This document shows, one piece after another, positions 1-14,175 of a stretch of DNA of 64,000 nt (position 1 is the first letter of the stretch; each line of letters starts with the position of its first letter). The DNA comes from Auanema rhodensis. Its lineage: Eukaryota > Animalia > Nematoda. Both the position numbers and the translations under genes were made by a program. A model generated the notes under the pieces. That model was not told where the DNA came from, ran no database searches, and saw only the letters and a list, made by a program, of their open reading frames with translations. The DNA lies in the NCBI GenBank assembly GCA_964057225.1, contig OZ059896.1:9734001-9798000 (forward strand). The letters are read 5' to 3'.

Positions 1-98
1 CAGTTCGCTGCCTTCTTCTTTTTTCCTCGCGCATTTTCTATTTTTGATATTATATTATCAACTATTTAAGGTAATATACAAAAACTCGAATACTCAAA

Positions 99-2348
99 AT
101 GGTCGGTAAGATTCAAGGAGGAGATGTTGTTGAGATGCAAGGAGATGAGATGACCAGGTATGAACTTGAGCTTCGCATTTAAAAAAAAGTGAAGGGATCT
201 GGAGCTTCACATTTAAAAAAGTGAAGGGAACTCTAAGAAACTAGCATTTATTAGAAATAGTAAGGAATAATAAACAATGTATAGTTGGTTTATCATATTG
301 TTGCTGAACTATTCTACATCATTCTATAATTTGATGTTGTGATATTGTTTATATGAGATTTTTCTAGAAATTAAGTTTAAAGAGGATGAGGGGGCGGAAA
401 AAAGAATTGATAGAAGCGACAGTTGAACCTACGATTTGTAATAGATGTCATTCTTGTGTGTTGCAAAGAGTTGTCGGACCATATTGTATTTATCGAACGA
501 TATCATTAGGACGAGACCTACTCATCGTCTGCTCGATAGACATTTTAGAACTGGTTCGGTTCTAATTTCATTATCTCCATTGTAGTATACCGTCGATGGT
601 CTTTTTTCTTGGCTTTTTTTATCATCATAGTTTCTATTATAGAAAATTTCGCTTAGTTTTTGATAGTCGTTTTGGATTTTTATCCAATTCAAAATGACAA
701 ATGGTGTAAAACGCTGAAAAAAGAAAGGCCATTCCCTTGAAAATACGAGGATGAAACAAAAAAAAAAGTTCTGATTGATACTATGGTGGCGTGAGCTAGT
801 TTGATAAGGTGACAGGTTGATGCTATGTGTTTCAAATTTGGCATCAGATATGAGCAAAGTTTCAAGAATGTGTGTACTACAAATAATGCTTCATTATCTC
901 ATTTCGGTTTCTGGAAAGCTATCAGATAACGTAATGATTACATGTGTATGATGCTTTGATGATTGCTCAATAGACCAAAAATAACTTTTTTATTAGTTTA
1001 AGCTTCTTTCAGAATCATCTGGGATCTCATCAAGGAAAAGCTCATCTTCCCATTCGTTGATCTTAACATTCACTTCTTCGATCTTGGAATTGAGCACCGT
1101 GATGCCACCAACGATCAAGTCACCATTGATGCTGCTGAGGCTACTCTTAAGTACAATGTTGCCGTCAAGTGCGCCACCATTACTCCTGATGAGGCCAGAG
1201 TTGAAGAGTTCAAGTTGAAGAAAATGTGGAAGTCCCCCAACGGAACCATCCGTAATATCCTCGGAGGAACCGTTTTCCGTGAGCCAATCATTGTCTCCAA
1301 TGTTCCACGTCTTGTTAACACCTGGTCCAAGCCAATCATCATTGGACGTCATGCCCACGGAGATCAATACAAAGCCACTGACTTCGTTGTTCCATCTGCT
1401 GGAAAGCTTCAAATTAAGTTTGTCCCAGCTGACGGATCTGAACCAATCGAGCATGAGGTCTACGAATTCAAGACTCCAGGAGTCTCTCTCTCCATGTACA
1501 ACACTGACGAATCCATCAGGTTTGATTGTATTGGCAAGGATATTTCATAGTAAAACTATTTTAGAGATTTCGCTCATTCATCTTTCAAGTATGCTTTGGG
1601 ACGTAAATACCCTCTCTACCTTTCTACCAAGAACACCATCTTGAAGAAGTATGATGGACGTTTCAAGGATATCTTCGCTGAGATCTACCCACAATACGAA
1701 GCTGAATTCAAGGCTGCCGGAATCTGGTACGAGCACCGTCTTATCGACGATATGGTTGCTCAAGCCATGAAGTCCGACGGAGGATTCGTCTGGGCCTGCA
1801 AGAACTACGACGGAGATGTTCAATCTGATTCCGTTGCTCAAGGTTTTTTTTAGTAATTTTTAGATGATATTTTAATTTATAATAATTCAGGATACGGATC
1901 CCTTGGACTTATGACTTCCGTCCTTATCTGCCCCGATGGCAAGACCGTTGAAGCCGAAGCTGCTCACGGAACCGTCACTAGACACTACAGAATGCACCAA
2001 AAGGGACAAGAAACCTCTACTAACCCTATTGCTTCTATCTTTGCCTGGAGCCGTGGTCTTTCCCACAGAGCCAAGCTCGATGGAAATGCCGAACTTAGCG
2101 CTTTCGCCGAAAACCTTGAGAAGGTCTGCATTGAAACTATGGAGTCCGGATTCATGACCAAGGATTTGGCTATTTGCATCAAGGGAAACAAGTAAGTATT
2201 TCTATATTGTTTGAATATTTTTTTTTTAAATATTTGAAATCATGATAACACATATTAAATTTGCAGCGTTACTCGTGCCGATTACCTCAACACCTTCGAG
2301 TTCCTCGACAAGCTTGCCGAAAACTTGGCTAAGAAGCAAGCTCAATAA
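99..2348 (+). CDS. idh-1: NADP-dependent isocitrate dehydrogenase (cytosolic IDH1 type), 5 exons: 99-157, 1013-1519, 1565-1842, 1891-2191, 2267-2348
   Basis: Spliced translation [31 protein letters not shown]...[15 protein letters not shown]...[21 protein letters not shown]...GRHAHGDQY...[27 protein letters not shown]...[14 protein letters not shown]...LAKKQAQ*. All introns are GT-AG and in frame; strong C-ending codon bias. Confidence 0.98.
168..230. repeat. Two-copy ~34 bp tandem duplication in idh-1 intron 1
   Basis: gagcttcgcatttaaaaaaaagtgaaggga followed by gagcttcacatttaaaaaaagtgaaggga. Confidence 0.85.
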
Positions 2349-2832
2349 ATACCATTAGGCATTATAATATTGTAATGTGATAAGCGACGCTGGTTGTGAT
2401 CATCTTTAATTTTGTACAAGTTTTATCCTTTTTCATATTGGAATTTAATAAATTAAATGTTTTATAATAAAAAGATACAGAATATTTTACAATGCCCGAT
2501 GTTATGAGAAAACATAATACCAAAAAAAAAAGATCATAATGAAAAGGAAAATGCATTTAATTGCCACAAATAAAAACAAATCAAGAATTAACAGGAGACG
2601 GTGAAGAAAACTGACGAAGGACTATGCTGTGTGTGAAAGAATATTATAAAGAAGATATCGTGTTGTTATATAATATCATGGCTATCCATAATATATAACC
2701 AAATTTCTACTAATATATAGTTAATGATTTTACCAGAATATACCGGAATTCAGTTTTCTAGTAATATCTTCTAATACAAATTATAGACAGTCACATAGTA
2801 ATATTGTTTTGAACAGCATAAAAATCGCAAAA

Positions 2833-3996
2833 TTATTCCGTTTGTTCATGACAAATATCGGCAAATTCTGATGAACGTAATGCTGATTTAATCATTTTTT
2901 TTAACATAGCATATCGAGGTACGATGGGATACATTCTTGTAGTATCATAACGATTACTTAGCTCCTTAAATATAATTATAAATATAATTAATTAAAATAT
3001 AAAAATTACTTTCACAATTCTTCGAAGACCCAAATATTTTTTAATCAGTTTATATAGTGAAGAATACATAAGTTCACAATCTTTTGTTAATTCATCTGTT
3101 TTTTTGGCTGAAATAATATAAATTTTTGAATAATTAAATTATATTTAAGATATATGGTATAAATTAATATAAAAGAGGAACAAAGACAAACCTCTTATTG
3201 AATCATATAATGATTGATCCAATTTTGTTTCGGTAACCCTACCCATCATTGTCGAACTTAGTAATGCGCCTATACCAGTAGCTGGTACTGATGTAGCTGA
3301 TGAAGAATCTTCTAATAGTTGAATAACTCTGGAAAAATATATGAAAATGATTGAATTCATAATGATTATGAAGAATCATACTTGACAACATATTCATTTG
3401 ATTCTTCTCCACCATCTTGAGTTGGAATATCTAATAGTTTCCAATACTGTTTTTCAAGCATAACCACCTAAAAAACACAAAATACATTGAAATATTATTA
3501 ATATTTAATATTTAATTCAATTTTAATAACAAAATACTTACTTCTCGAACGCTTTGTTGTAATTTCATGTAACGCAAAATAGGATTATCATCTTTACCTT
3601 TTAGATAATCTTCTTGCAACGCTTTTAATCCATTTTTTAATCGTCTAAAAATATATAAAATTATAAAATTAATTTAAAACCTATTACTATATACCTGTAT
3701 GGCTCAAGAATCCTACTTCTTGTTCTATTAAGTTTGTAAGCAGTGTTGATCAAATTATCTCGGCTCGATCCTAAATTGAACATTTGTATGTTTTCATGTT
3801 TTCTGCCAAAAATGAAACAATGATTTTACTTTGACAAAAGATTTATATCATATGTTGTGATTTGATTTGGAAACAGCTGGATGTTATTGTATAAAATAAA
3901 ATCTGATTGAATGTACTTACTTCCTGGCGTGACGAATGTTGGCACATCAGAAGAGCCATCTTTGGCCATAGACAATAATATATTGAACATGAGATC
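2833..3996 (-). CDS. Uncharacterised, probably alpha-helical protein; 7 exons here, possibly with a distal ATG-containing exon at 15813-15867
   Basis: In-frame spliced reading (DL)MFNILLSMAKDGSSDVPTFVTPG/RSSRDNLINTAYKLNRTRSRILEPYR/RLKNGLKALQEDYLKGKDDNPILRYMKLQQSVRE/VVMLEKQYWKLLDIP.../VIQLLEDSS...YDSI/...YKLIKKYLGLRRIVK/ELSNRYDTTRMYPIVPRYAMLKKMIKSALRSSEFADICHEQTE*, with canonical splice sites. Confidence 0.85.
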
Positions 3997-6900
3997 CTGA
4001 ACAAAACAAATACATATGATTTATGGGTTATTTTACTATTTATATATTTTATAAACTAAAACTTTTTCTTCTCAAACTCATGTATAAATTCTAATCAGTT
4101 ATATAAGAGCTTCACAATTTACATACATTTTACAATATAGAGTTGCTAAAATTTTACTTTGAAATAAGAAAAAGTATAATATTCTTGATGAAAAAGTATA
4201 ATTTCGAATTAATTATATCAATATATTATAATCTAAACTGATTTTTCTTAATAAGAAAAAAATTATGATTAGTCTTATTAATATAATATAATATTATATT
4301 ATGCTAAAAGAAATATGAAAAATTCATCAAACTGCATCTTAAATAAAGACAATTTTCTTAAAATCACTATGTGAAGAGTCCAATTTATTCACATAGTTTA
4401 TAAGAATACATATATGAAGGTTATGAATAAAATAGGGAATATCTTGACAAACAAGAAGAGTAAGTAGAGATTAGATAAAGATTAGTCGTAATGGGAAATT
4501 AGCAAAGATGAAGCTTAAAGCCTTTTTAATAAGATAAAGGAACTGATGTTTCATATGTTATTTCATGATTTCATCCATTTATATCAATTTCATTTCATAA
4601 TCTTCGATTTCAATATGCTCCACCCTTTTAAAGACTATATTATTTGATCTAATAGCTATTTTATTAAATATATTGTATATTCAAGTATATACTTGTTAGT
4701 TTGGTTACTATTACTGCTTATTCAATTATGCTTTTTCTAATCCAAAAATATAAAGTGGAAATTTCAGCTCGGTTTTCTTCCCTCCTTATAACAATTGCAG
4801 AGAAAAAAAAAAGATTTTTTTTTGGTTAAATAAAACTTTTCTAAACCACAGGAAGTAACATGTGGACATATGGAGAGGCCAAATAAATGATGTGAAGGAT
4901 ACATACATACATATATTTTTTTTCTTTTAAAAAATTGTTGTTTGGTTGTTCAACATCTTTTAAACGTAAAATAAACAATAAATTTAAATCAAAAAAATAT
5001 TTTTAATGTATGTATAGTCTTATAAAAAAATTTTGAGAACATTTATATTTTTATAATTTAGATAGATTATGTATATCTTAAAATATTTGTTTCATAAAAC
5101 ATAAATATAACTATATATTTATATATTTTTAGGAATTCAATTAAAAGAAAATAAAGAATAAAAAAACAAAAAAATAGAAGCTTATATGATTAAGCTGTTA
5201 CAACTAATAATTTTTCTGAAGATGTCTACTAGCTTCTAGTTTTGGTTTTACCGCTATTGTTTTCTTCCCAAGGGTCTAATTTTTTCGGCCTTTCGGCTAA
5301 CTGAGAAAAAGCAGAAGAAATACTTAAAATGGTCCATATGCTAAAGTTTTAAAACAAAAAAAAAACAATTTTAGCGTTTATAGTATGGAATATCTTCATA
5401 TTTTTACTAATTTACATAAATATATATATACATATATATATATAGGTTAGTAAGGTATAAGTATTGTACTCAACTATGTTATTAAATTTTTTTAAAATAT
5501 AAAATTCAAATATTATAAAAGAAAAAGATAAAAGAAATAAAAAAATTATAATATTAAGTTGTATATACCTTTATTTAATAAAAATATGTCTTCTTTAATG
5601 ATTCTAGCAATATTTTCATGATGTATTAATGAATAAATATAAAGAATCAAGCATTTTTTTGATGAATCAACTTCAAAAATGAAATGAATATCCAATTTTT
5701 TTTCGATTCATTAGAAAAAAAAACTAAAATATAAGAAAGAGAATAAGATAGTAAGACTAATTTCAAACGTCATTCTTTCTTACATCAAAAAATAATTCGT
5801 TTTAATTTTTGAGAATAAAGGAAACGAAAAAGCTTCAATTTTTCCATTTTTTTGTATTTAAGGATTTAACAAATACCATTTTTATTCACTGCAATGAGTA
5901 TTCTTTCTGAATAGATAGGATGAAAGTAAATGATAAGCTAAAGGAATATAAAGCTTAATAAGCTAGAATTGAACCATATGCATCTGGTGAGAGGGGGGGA
6001 GGGAACTGCTAGAGGAAGGGAGAGGCAGGGTGATATAACTTGTCAATGAGACACTGAAATGGAACGAAAAAGAAAAGGATTAGTCAAAGAGTTCAGCCAG
6101 AGTAGAGGGTTAGATTGAAAAAGAGAGAGAGAGAGGGAGAGAGTGAGAGAGACAGACAGAAAGAAAGAGAGAGAGATAAAGGGATATAAACGATAAATAA
6201 AGCTGAAATCAACTAAATGGGAGGGGAAGGTAAAACAAAAAAAAAGTATTTTTCTATTTATATGTATACAAAGGTGTATATATTTACAAATAATTCATAT
6301 AACCGATTATAACATAATCTTTATAACAGATATGGCTATTATATTTCCTAAATTCTAATCTTCTATGCACTTTCTCATCCCTCTCACTGACATGATTTTT
6401 CTCTTTTTAAAATTCTTCCAGCTTTTTTATTTTTTTTCTCTATTATTGACTATTCAATCTTAGTTTTCAAGTTGCGTCTGTCCATCAATCTTACGTTTTT
6501 AATAAAAAATAACGTTTCGGCTAGGTCTATTTAGCTAAGCTTTCCACAATTTTTTATTCTGAGGATGGATGAAGACTCGAAAATTTTAAAGAGAATCAAA
6601 GAAATATCAAAGCAAAACAAAAGAGTTCGGCGCAAACACAAGGAGAAAAAAAGTATTCCAAGTGAGGAATCCGAAGTCAGACAACGGCAAAGCTACAGAT
6701 GAAAAGGAAACAAAGGCATACGTAGGCATTATTGTGGAAAAGGATGTGAATAGCCGTGAGCCAAGATATGTGTCTCTGTGTAGGAAGATGAAAAATGCCC
6801 TTAGGACATGCATAACGCTTGATAGCTCCCAGAAAGGCGGAGCTTTTATAATTTTATTTCGAATTTTCTTAATAGGAGACAAAAAGAAGATAGGTTTAAG

Positions 6901-9900
6901 TAGAAAATGCTTTTGATGAGATCTTATTCTTCGACTTTCATGTCGAATTCAGAAGCTGACACAAAAAGTTGTATGAAGAATGCTAGCTCATCAGAAAATA
7001 TATATTACTCAAACAGACTTTAATATGCTTAGCTGAGTTGAGTAAAAGTGAAACCAAGAAGAAAAGCTGGAAATATATGGTTGAACGAACATTGTAAGCA
7101 AGTGAGAATTCGCATTTTGAGGCAACTCAGAATTTTTCGGAAGTTGATTTTTAAGTTATTATGACTGTAGCAATGAAACGAAACTTAGTAGAAAAATAAG
7201 AAAATTAGTAAACCACAAGTTAAAAAATATCTATACACATATCTTTATATACACAACATATATACATATTATGTAGATGCTCTATGCCGTTCCGTTTTCT
7301 GTTGACATAGTCGGTACACTTTTTTAAATCTGACATCTGAATTCAACTGATATAAGTAGATAGAAAAGGAAGATGGTAGAAAACAAGTCAATTATATTGA
7401 CTGTGATCAAGTCATGTTATCCGTTTAGAAATTCTCTCATTTTATTCTTGTCACCAACTTCCTATTTATCTTTCCTGTTCCTCTTTCACTGCAAAGCTTT
7501 CATGCGTTGTCTCTCGGTTCTAATACTCCATATTCGTGTCTCCACTGCATCACTCTTCTCTCCATTTCACCTACTCCTTACTGATTTCCGTTTTTAGTAT
7601 GCTCACGCTTCTTTTCTTCAGAATATGATATGGTTTTGGAAGATGAACATCTGGTTGTAGCAAGCATTACAAATAACAAAACAATATTTTTTTTTGAAGT
7701 TGCATGAGATTTCGTGTTTGAAATCAATTCAAAGAATAAGTCGTCACGAATTATATTTTGTTTCTCATACTGCTTCATTGCATCTTATGTTATACGGAAA
7801 AACTAAATTCATCAAATTTAATATTTATTTTATTTAAAAATAAAATAAAATAAATATTAGTCAAACTACATATAAAGAGTAATACACATGTGCTTGTATA
7901 CATGTATATCTATGTATGTAAGTGTTTTTATTCTTCAAAATATATCTTTATGTTGATGAATCTATTACAAAACTGTCAAATGCTTAATTACATTAGATTA
8001 TTATAGATATTTTAATTAAAAATAAGAAGAAAAAGATTTATAAAAGAGAATTAAGTTTCACAATGTGTTGAACAAGGAAGAATATACCAAAAGCATTTGA
8101 GCAAAACACAAAGATAATATCCAATTTGTTTAGAAAAAAATTTTAATTGATGTAATCATCCATTTTAAGTACATTTATAATGACAATAATTAGGTGAAAA
8201 CTGTGGCAATTGGCTGATATAATTTTGGCTTTTGGCTCCAAAACGAACATAATGTCTAACGAGAGGGTAATGAAATAAGGGAAATATCCAAAACATTATT
8301 GGATACATGTCTTGAAATTCAAAATAAATATCAGAAAATAATGCACAAAAATTCCTTTATCGTGATGCTTTAATAAATTTATTAAAAATTGAAAATATTG
8401 AATTGAAGCGATGAGATAGACAAGCCAAATTTAAAAAAAGAATACTAACCAACATTCTTAAGTTTAATTCATTCTAGAAAAGAAAAACTGAAAGTTTCAA
8501 ATGTTATCTCAAAGTTTAGAGTATTTTACATAAATAACAAATAAGGATAATATCTTTACATTACTAATATATTTATAGGGAAATGAAATAATGCCATGAA
8601 AGTTATTTGAACTTCTTCATTTGATAAAAAAAAATAAATAAAAAACTGCTTAAAATGAATAAAGTAATCAATAATTCATAAAGTTTAATTGTTTTTATTT
8701 AATTTAAAATTCACATAGCCATTTTTTGAACTTATTTAATGGCAATATTATACGTTAATTATTGAATTAAAATTAGATCTTAAAAAAAACTTTCAAAAGA
8801 TGAAACTATTCTCTATGAATATATGTATTTACAGCTGTAGGATAAAGCAAGTTCAATTTTTTTATTTTAATTCTAGTTTATGTGATGAAATATTTAGCTA
8901 CAAGTATTAAAAGTTCGAAAGAATGTCTAGTATATGAAAAAAATATGGAGAGACTGAACAATTTTTCCAAAACATTTACTTGTAATTTTGAAAAAAAGTC
9001 ATATAAGCTCCTTTTCAAGACAAAACAAAGAGTTTTCTATTGTGAATGAACAGTTAGCTATCCAAAATGTTAAAAGTCTGGGTATAGTCCAGTAAAGCAA
9101 AAGACTGCCTGGCCATTTTGTTGCTGTGCTGTCCGTATCGCTCGTCAACATGTTCTCTTATAAACGGCTTCTGAATACCAAGTAGACCGTAAAACGCTTA
9201 ATATCTTCCACAATAATAAAGAAAATGGGTAAAATTGAGAGAAGAAATGTCTGTCATTTCATGGTTTTTTTTCAATTTGGTCAAAACTACATCAGCAGCT
9301 TATTTTGGTGGTAAAAGCATTTGTTCTACGAAACGTTATATTTCGGTCATTTAGTGTGAGATTCATTAAGATGAATTGGCGAACGCCATGTAAGAATATA
9401 CGAAAAAAAATCCAAATAGCTTGAAATTACTATGCTTTAATGAATTTCCTCAGAAGTAATTTTATATATCGGCTCAGTATTCTTGCAGCGGAAAAAAAAG
9501 TTTCAAGTGAAAAGAGAAAATCGAAAAGAGCAGAATAAGAAGAAAGAGCTATAAAATGATTGTGTGGATGATTTTTTAATTATAATCAATGAAAACGAAT
9601 TATTTTGGAAAAGAAAAACAAAAAAGTTATGTATGGAATATATATGAGAACAGGGTAAGCCAATGAGAACGTAAAAAATAAAAGTCCAACTATGATTGTT
9701 ATAGCGGAAAATAGCAGTAACGATTCATATTAGCAACAAGTTTTCAAAATTATAAGCTTTATGAGACTTTATGAGAGAGAGAGAGAGAGGGAAAGAAGGA
9801 AGGAATGTTGACTGACAGTAAATGTTGAATGAAATAACATTATGAAGGGCAAGGTTGAACAGAAAATGAAAGCATCGAAAGATCTGTGGAATGAGAGGGA

Positions 9901-12900
9901 AAAAAGGGAGATTCAGAAGAGATATAGATAGAGAGATTCAGAGTTCAAAAGAAAAAGATCCAAGTTTGAACTTATACTGATGCATCTTCTCTGAAACATG
10001 TAAAGGATTTTAGACACCAAATGCTCAAAATATTTTCTGCACTTTATTGGAAGAAAGATTTTGAAATCCTAAGATATCGTGAGTAAAATAGTATTTGTTG
10101 GGAAATATTTTGATTATAAAATGAAAATATAAAGAATTCTAAGCAGAATTTAGCTAAATATAACAAAAAATGGCGAGTATTATTCATTAAGGAAAATATG
10201 AGAATTACATAAAAATAACAGTATTAATGAATGTTGGTATTAAAGAAATAAGCCAATACCGAAGGTATTCCGGGAATTTAGAGAATTTTCTTAGTTTCTT
10301 AGCAAAATATTTTTAAAACTCTAAAACACATACATATTCTTGACTAGAATATCAGGAAAATAGCGCTGAGATAGATAAGGAAAATTAGTAGCCGAGTGAA
10401 AAAGGACATTGATGGATGCAGCTCAATAAAATGCAACAAAAGACTGAAAAAAACAAAACAACAACAAAAGAGATTTTGAAAAATATTCAAAGTGAGAATA
10501 TGTACATAAAATCATTAGTTAGATGTGAATTATATGAATTTTATATGAAAACGTATAATGATCAGAGATGAGCTTATGATTTCATCTTTTGGCGTGTAAA
10601 TTTTCTTATTCTCGGAAACATGCTGATATTTGAAGCCGAAGTTTTTAAAAGTTTTGTAACGAACATGAAAAAAGATGAAGAAAAAAGCTTGCTCTTAAGA
10701 AATGAGCTTGAGTATTGCATTAGCCATGAGAATTAAAGTTGTGTTCCTGAGCCGTTATGTTGGCACATGACAATGGGTCCAGGAAAGAATCATGCAGAAA
10801 ATCGAAATATGGACTTCAATGTATGACAATAAGAACTAAAATTGGAGCAAGATAGCAGAGAATTTAGAGAGTTTACACCTTGAAGATTTGAAAATTGATA
10901 TGTTCCACTTTTTGTCATCCATGATGGCCAATTGTATGAGAAATATGAGAGTAATCGAACTACTACAAACATTTTAGAATTAATTCAAATTTCATTTAAG
11001 GTTGCTTTACTGAGGCTTGGGATAATTAAAAGAAAAATCAGAACTAAAAGCAAAAATTGAGAGTAGAGAAAATGGAAAATTTCCATGCTTTCTTGTTTAA
11101 CATCCATAGCTGAGTATCGTACATAAGTTTTCTTTGTCTTTAATCTTCCTTTGCATCCTCTCTCTTTCACATTATTTTGCTTCTGCTCATCTGTACCGCC
11201 TCAATATTCCTGACAAATCTCTCACTCTTATTTTTTTCTTTCTTAGTCTCTCTTACTCTCTCTGTTGCTGCCTTCTCTCTCAACTGTCTCTTACATTTAT
11301 TTATTACTAAATAAGGTGTAAACACTTGAGCATACATATTTTTTTTTCGTTTTGGCACCTCATTGGCAAGCCTGTTCTTGAGTTAATAATTCGATTTTTC
11401 AAAATATGTATTTATACACATATATATATATTTTTTTTATGAATGTATCGATAAAAAATCTACTATTTACTATATTATATTTTATGCATTAAGAGCCAAA
11501 GTATGGGTGATGATGCACATGAAGCATCTGTTATTCCACAATCATTGACACAATGTCTGTCTTTAGTTCATCATCATCCTTTTCTTCTTTCAAACCATAA
11601 TAAAGATCATTAAAGTATTGAAGCAGGTCATAAGTCTTTCTTAATACTTTATTGACTCCATCTGTTCTTTAGCAACTTTTCAGAAATAGGAAGTTATTTG
11701 AATGAACTGCTTTTATCTATGGAATCATTTTACATATCAGAAAGTTAACAAGAAAAAACTGGAGATAAGGATATATCTATATATAGAAAGTTCAATAAAT
11801 TTTTAATAAAACATAATAATATCTTTTTTGATTATTGTACTTCAAATATGAAAAAAAACAGAATTATAGAAAAGATTAAATGGATTAATATTAATTGAAA
11901 AAGAAGAACAAGGATACTTTTATGAAGCCATTGATTAGACATCACTTGCACGTGAAAATATTATATTCAGATCATATTACTAATCCTAGTTGCAGCCGTT
12001 AAGTAAGTTAGTCATCCAATCTCTTATTTCTTACAAATTTGTTTTATGTTTATTTAAAATGTATGAAGTATACACAAAGATTATTGGGAAGCTTTTAAAG
12101 TTCAAACATGAAAGAGTATCTATTCTAACTGCTGATATCTTACATATTATATTTATTTGAGTACATGGTTTTTCAAGATCAAAATTTTCAATTTACTGCT
12201 ATAAACTACTTTTCAATTGTTCGATTTTTCAAGCAAAAAAAAAGAAAAAGAAAAGAAAGATATGAAAAAAAAAATATAATGAGCTCTAAAAATAGTTCAG
12301 CTCAAATTATACATATATCTATATATTTTTTTAAATATTCAATATTTATATATACATCTATACTATACTATACTATATAGTTCTCTCTAAGTGCCATGAT
12401 CGTTTAATTCAATATACTTTAATATAATATAACTATTATAAATAAAAGTTTGATGTTTTATTAAAATATGTCCACAATAGGTAGTATGACCACTATTATT
12501 ATTTTTTGGAGCTATAGAGCTATTCAATTCCATTTCTAATAAAAAAGTCAAAAATAGATTATGAGCTTTTGCAGCATAAATGACCAGGACACTCAAAATC
12601 TTTCGAACATTTTCAAACAAATAGGAGTTTTGAAGAGTTAGTTACCTAAGTCTACACAGGGAATTATGAATAATATTATAATAATTAGTAATTATAATAT
12701 TTTATAGATTATGAAATATAAAAAGATAATGATAATTTCATATAAAGCTGAGTTGATTAAACAATTTTATTTAATATTATTATTTCCCAGTAATTGAAAT
12801 TTGTATTAGCAATAAATAGAATGATAATCAACTGTGTTTAAATTAAATATATTAACTATAACTATTTTATAAATTAATATACGAAAGATTTTAAAAAAAA

Positions 12901-14120
12901 CTTACAAGTATATCATACATGGTTAGTGTAGATGCTTTATATCCAGTAGGTATACTGAATAAGTTCTACTTCAAAAGTCTAAATTTTCAAGAAGTTCGTG
13001 AAGAAGCAATAAAGAATGAAGTATTGACGAACATAGAGTTATGAATATTCACATATTCAAATAATAACATTTAGTAATAAATCTCAAAACTACTTTCACA
13101 TAATAGAATTGGAATTGATAGTATATCAGGTTGGTACAAACCATAGCCCGAAGAATCAACGCCATTTTAAAGTTTTCATTTCAATTTCGAATTTTAATTA
13201 GATTTCATATTATTCAATACCAATATTAAAAAAAAAAGATTTAAATTGGCTTTATTTCAAACAAGAAAAATTTTGAATGAATCTTTTAAATAGGTTTTTT
13301 ATTTTGAAATAATAATCATAATGAACAAAAAATTTTGAAAAAAAGTGCCTTGTTGTCGCTGATATGATAATATTTTATATGAAATATTACAGAAAAATGA
13401 ATATATAATGAGATATTTAAGACAAAAAAACTGTATAAAGAATGAAAAATAAAGGAGAATAGCTAAAAAAAGTTAGTTTATTGTATGTGCAAAATGGGAA
13501 ATAGAGGAAGAGTACAGTGGAAATGAGACATTCAATTCGTTTAATGTTAGTCAGATTTGATAGATGAATTGGATTTAGCTTTAATTTCTTTTAGATTTCG
13601 GTTAGGTCACATAATCAGAAAAAAGAGAAATAGAAAATAGTTTTATAATACTATTACAAAATTTAATTTTTTGAATAAGAAATCGTTAGGTTAGGTTATA
13701 ACAATTGGAAACGTTTCTGAATAAATTTTCAATAATACTAGAGATAGCTATGAATAAAAGAAAATTTAAGTAATATCCTGTCATCTAATGAATGATTAGA
13801 ATGAGCAAAAGAACTGAATTGGAACTCTTCTCTTTTAAAAATATAAATAAATCATTAACTTTTGATAACTAATTTGCTATTTAACTTGAAAAAGCCATTG
13901 ATAAGTATGTGTTCAACATAGACATCTCGTGGGAAACGGCTTGAAAAATGCTTCTCTCCGACAAAATCTTGTATAAAAATTTTTATATGAATTCAATATA
14001 TTATGAAAATAAAAAAAATATATATATAAATCAAAAAAAATGAAATAAAAATATTTTATGAATTTCAAAAAAATTTTTATTTTACACTTAAAAGATTTTA
14101 CATAATATATTTTAGTAAAT

Positions 14121-14122
<2 letters not shown>

Positions 14123-14170
<48 letters not shown>

Positions 14171-14175
14171 ATGTA
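14123..14175. repeat. (TA)n microsatellite
   Basis: Long tatata run directly visible. Confidence 0.9.

Noticed and set aside
1-34. Minus-strand ATG reading MREEKRRRQRT off the window edge
   Set aside because: Only 11 codons visible and ~65 bp from the idh-1 ATG; more likely promoter/outron sequence.
993-2191. Antisense and alternate-frame ORFs over idh-1 (e.g. 993-1454, 153 aa)
   Set aside because: Shadows of strongly biased codon usage in idh-1 exons; their boundaries track the exons.
5994-6030. Four G-tracts, potential G-quadruplex
   Set aside because: One loop is ~14 nt and the tract is part of general GA-rich low-complexity sequence.
9070-9200. GC-elevated patch that could be a minus-strand exon
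   Set aside because: No convincing flanking splice pair or in-frame link to the neighbouring gene.
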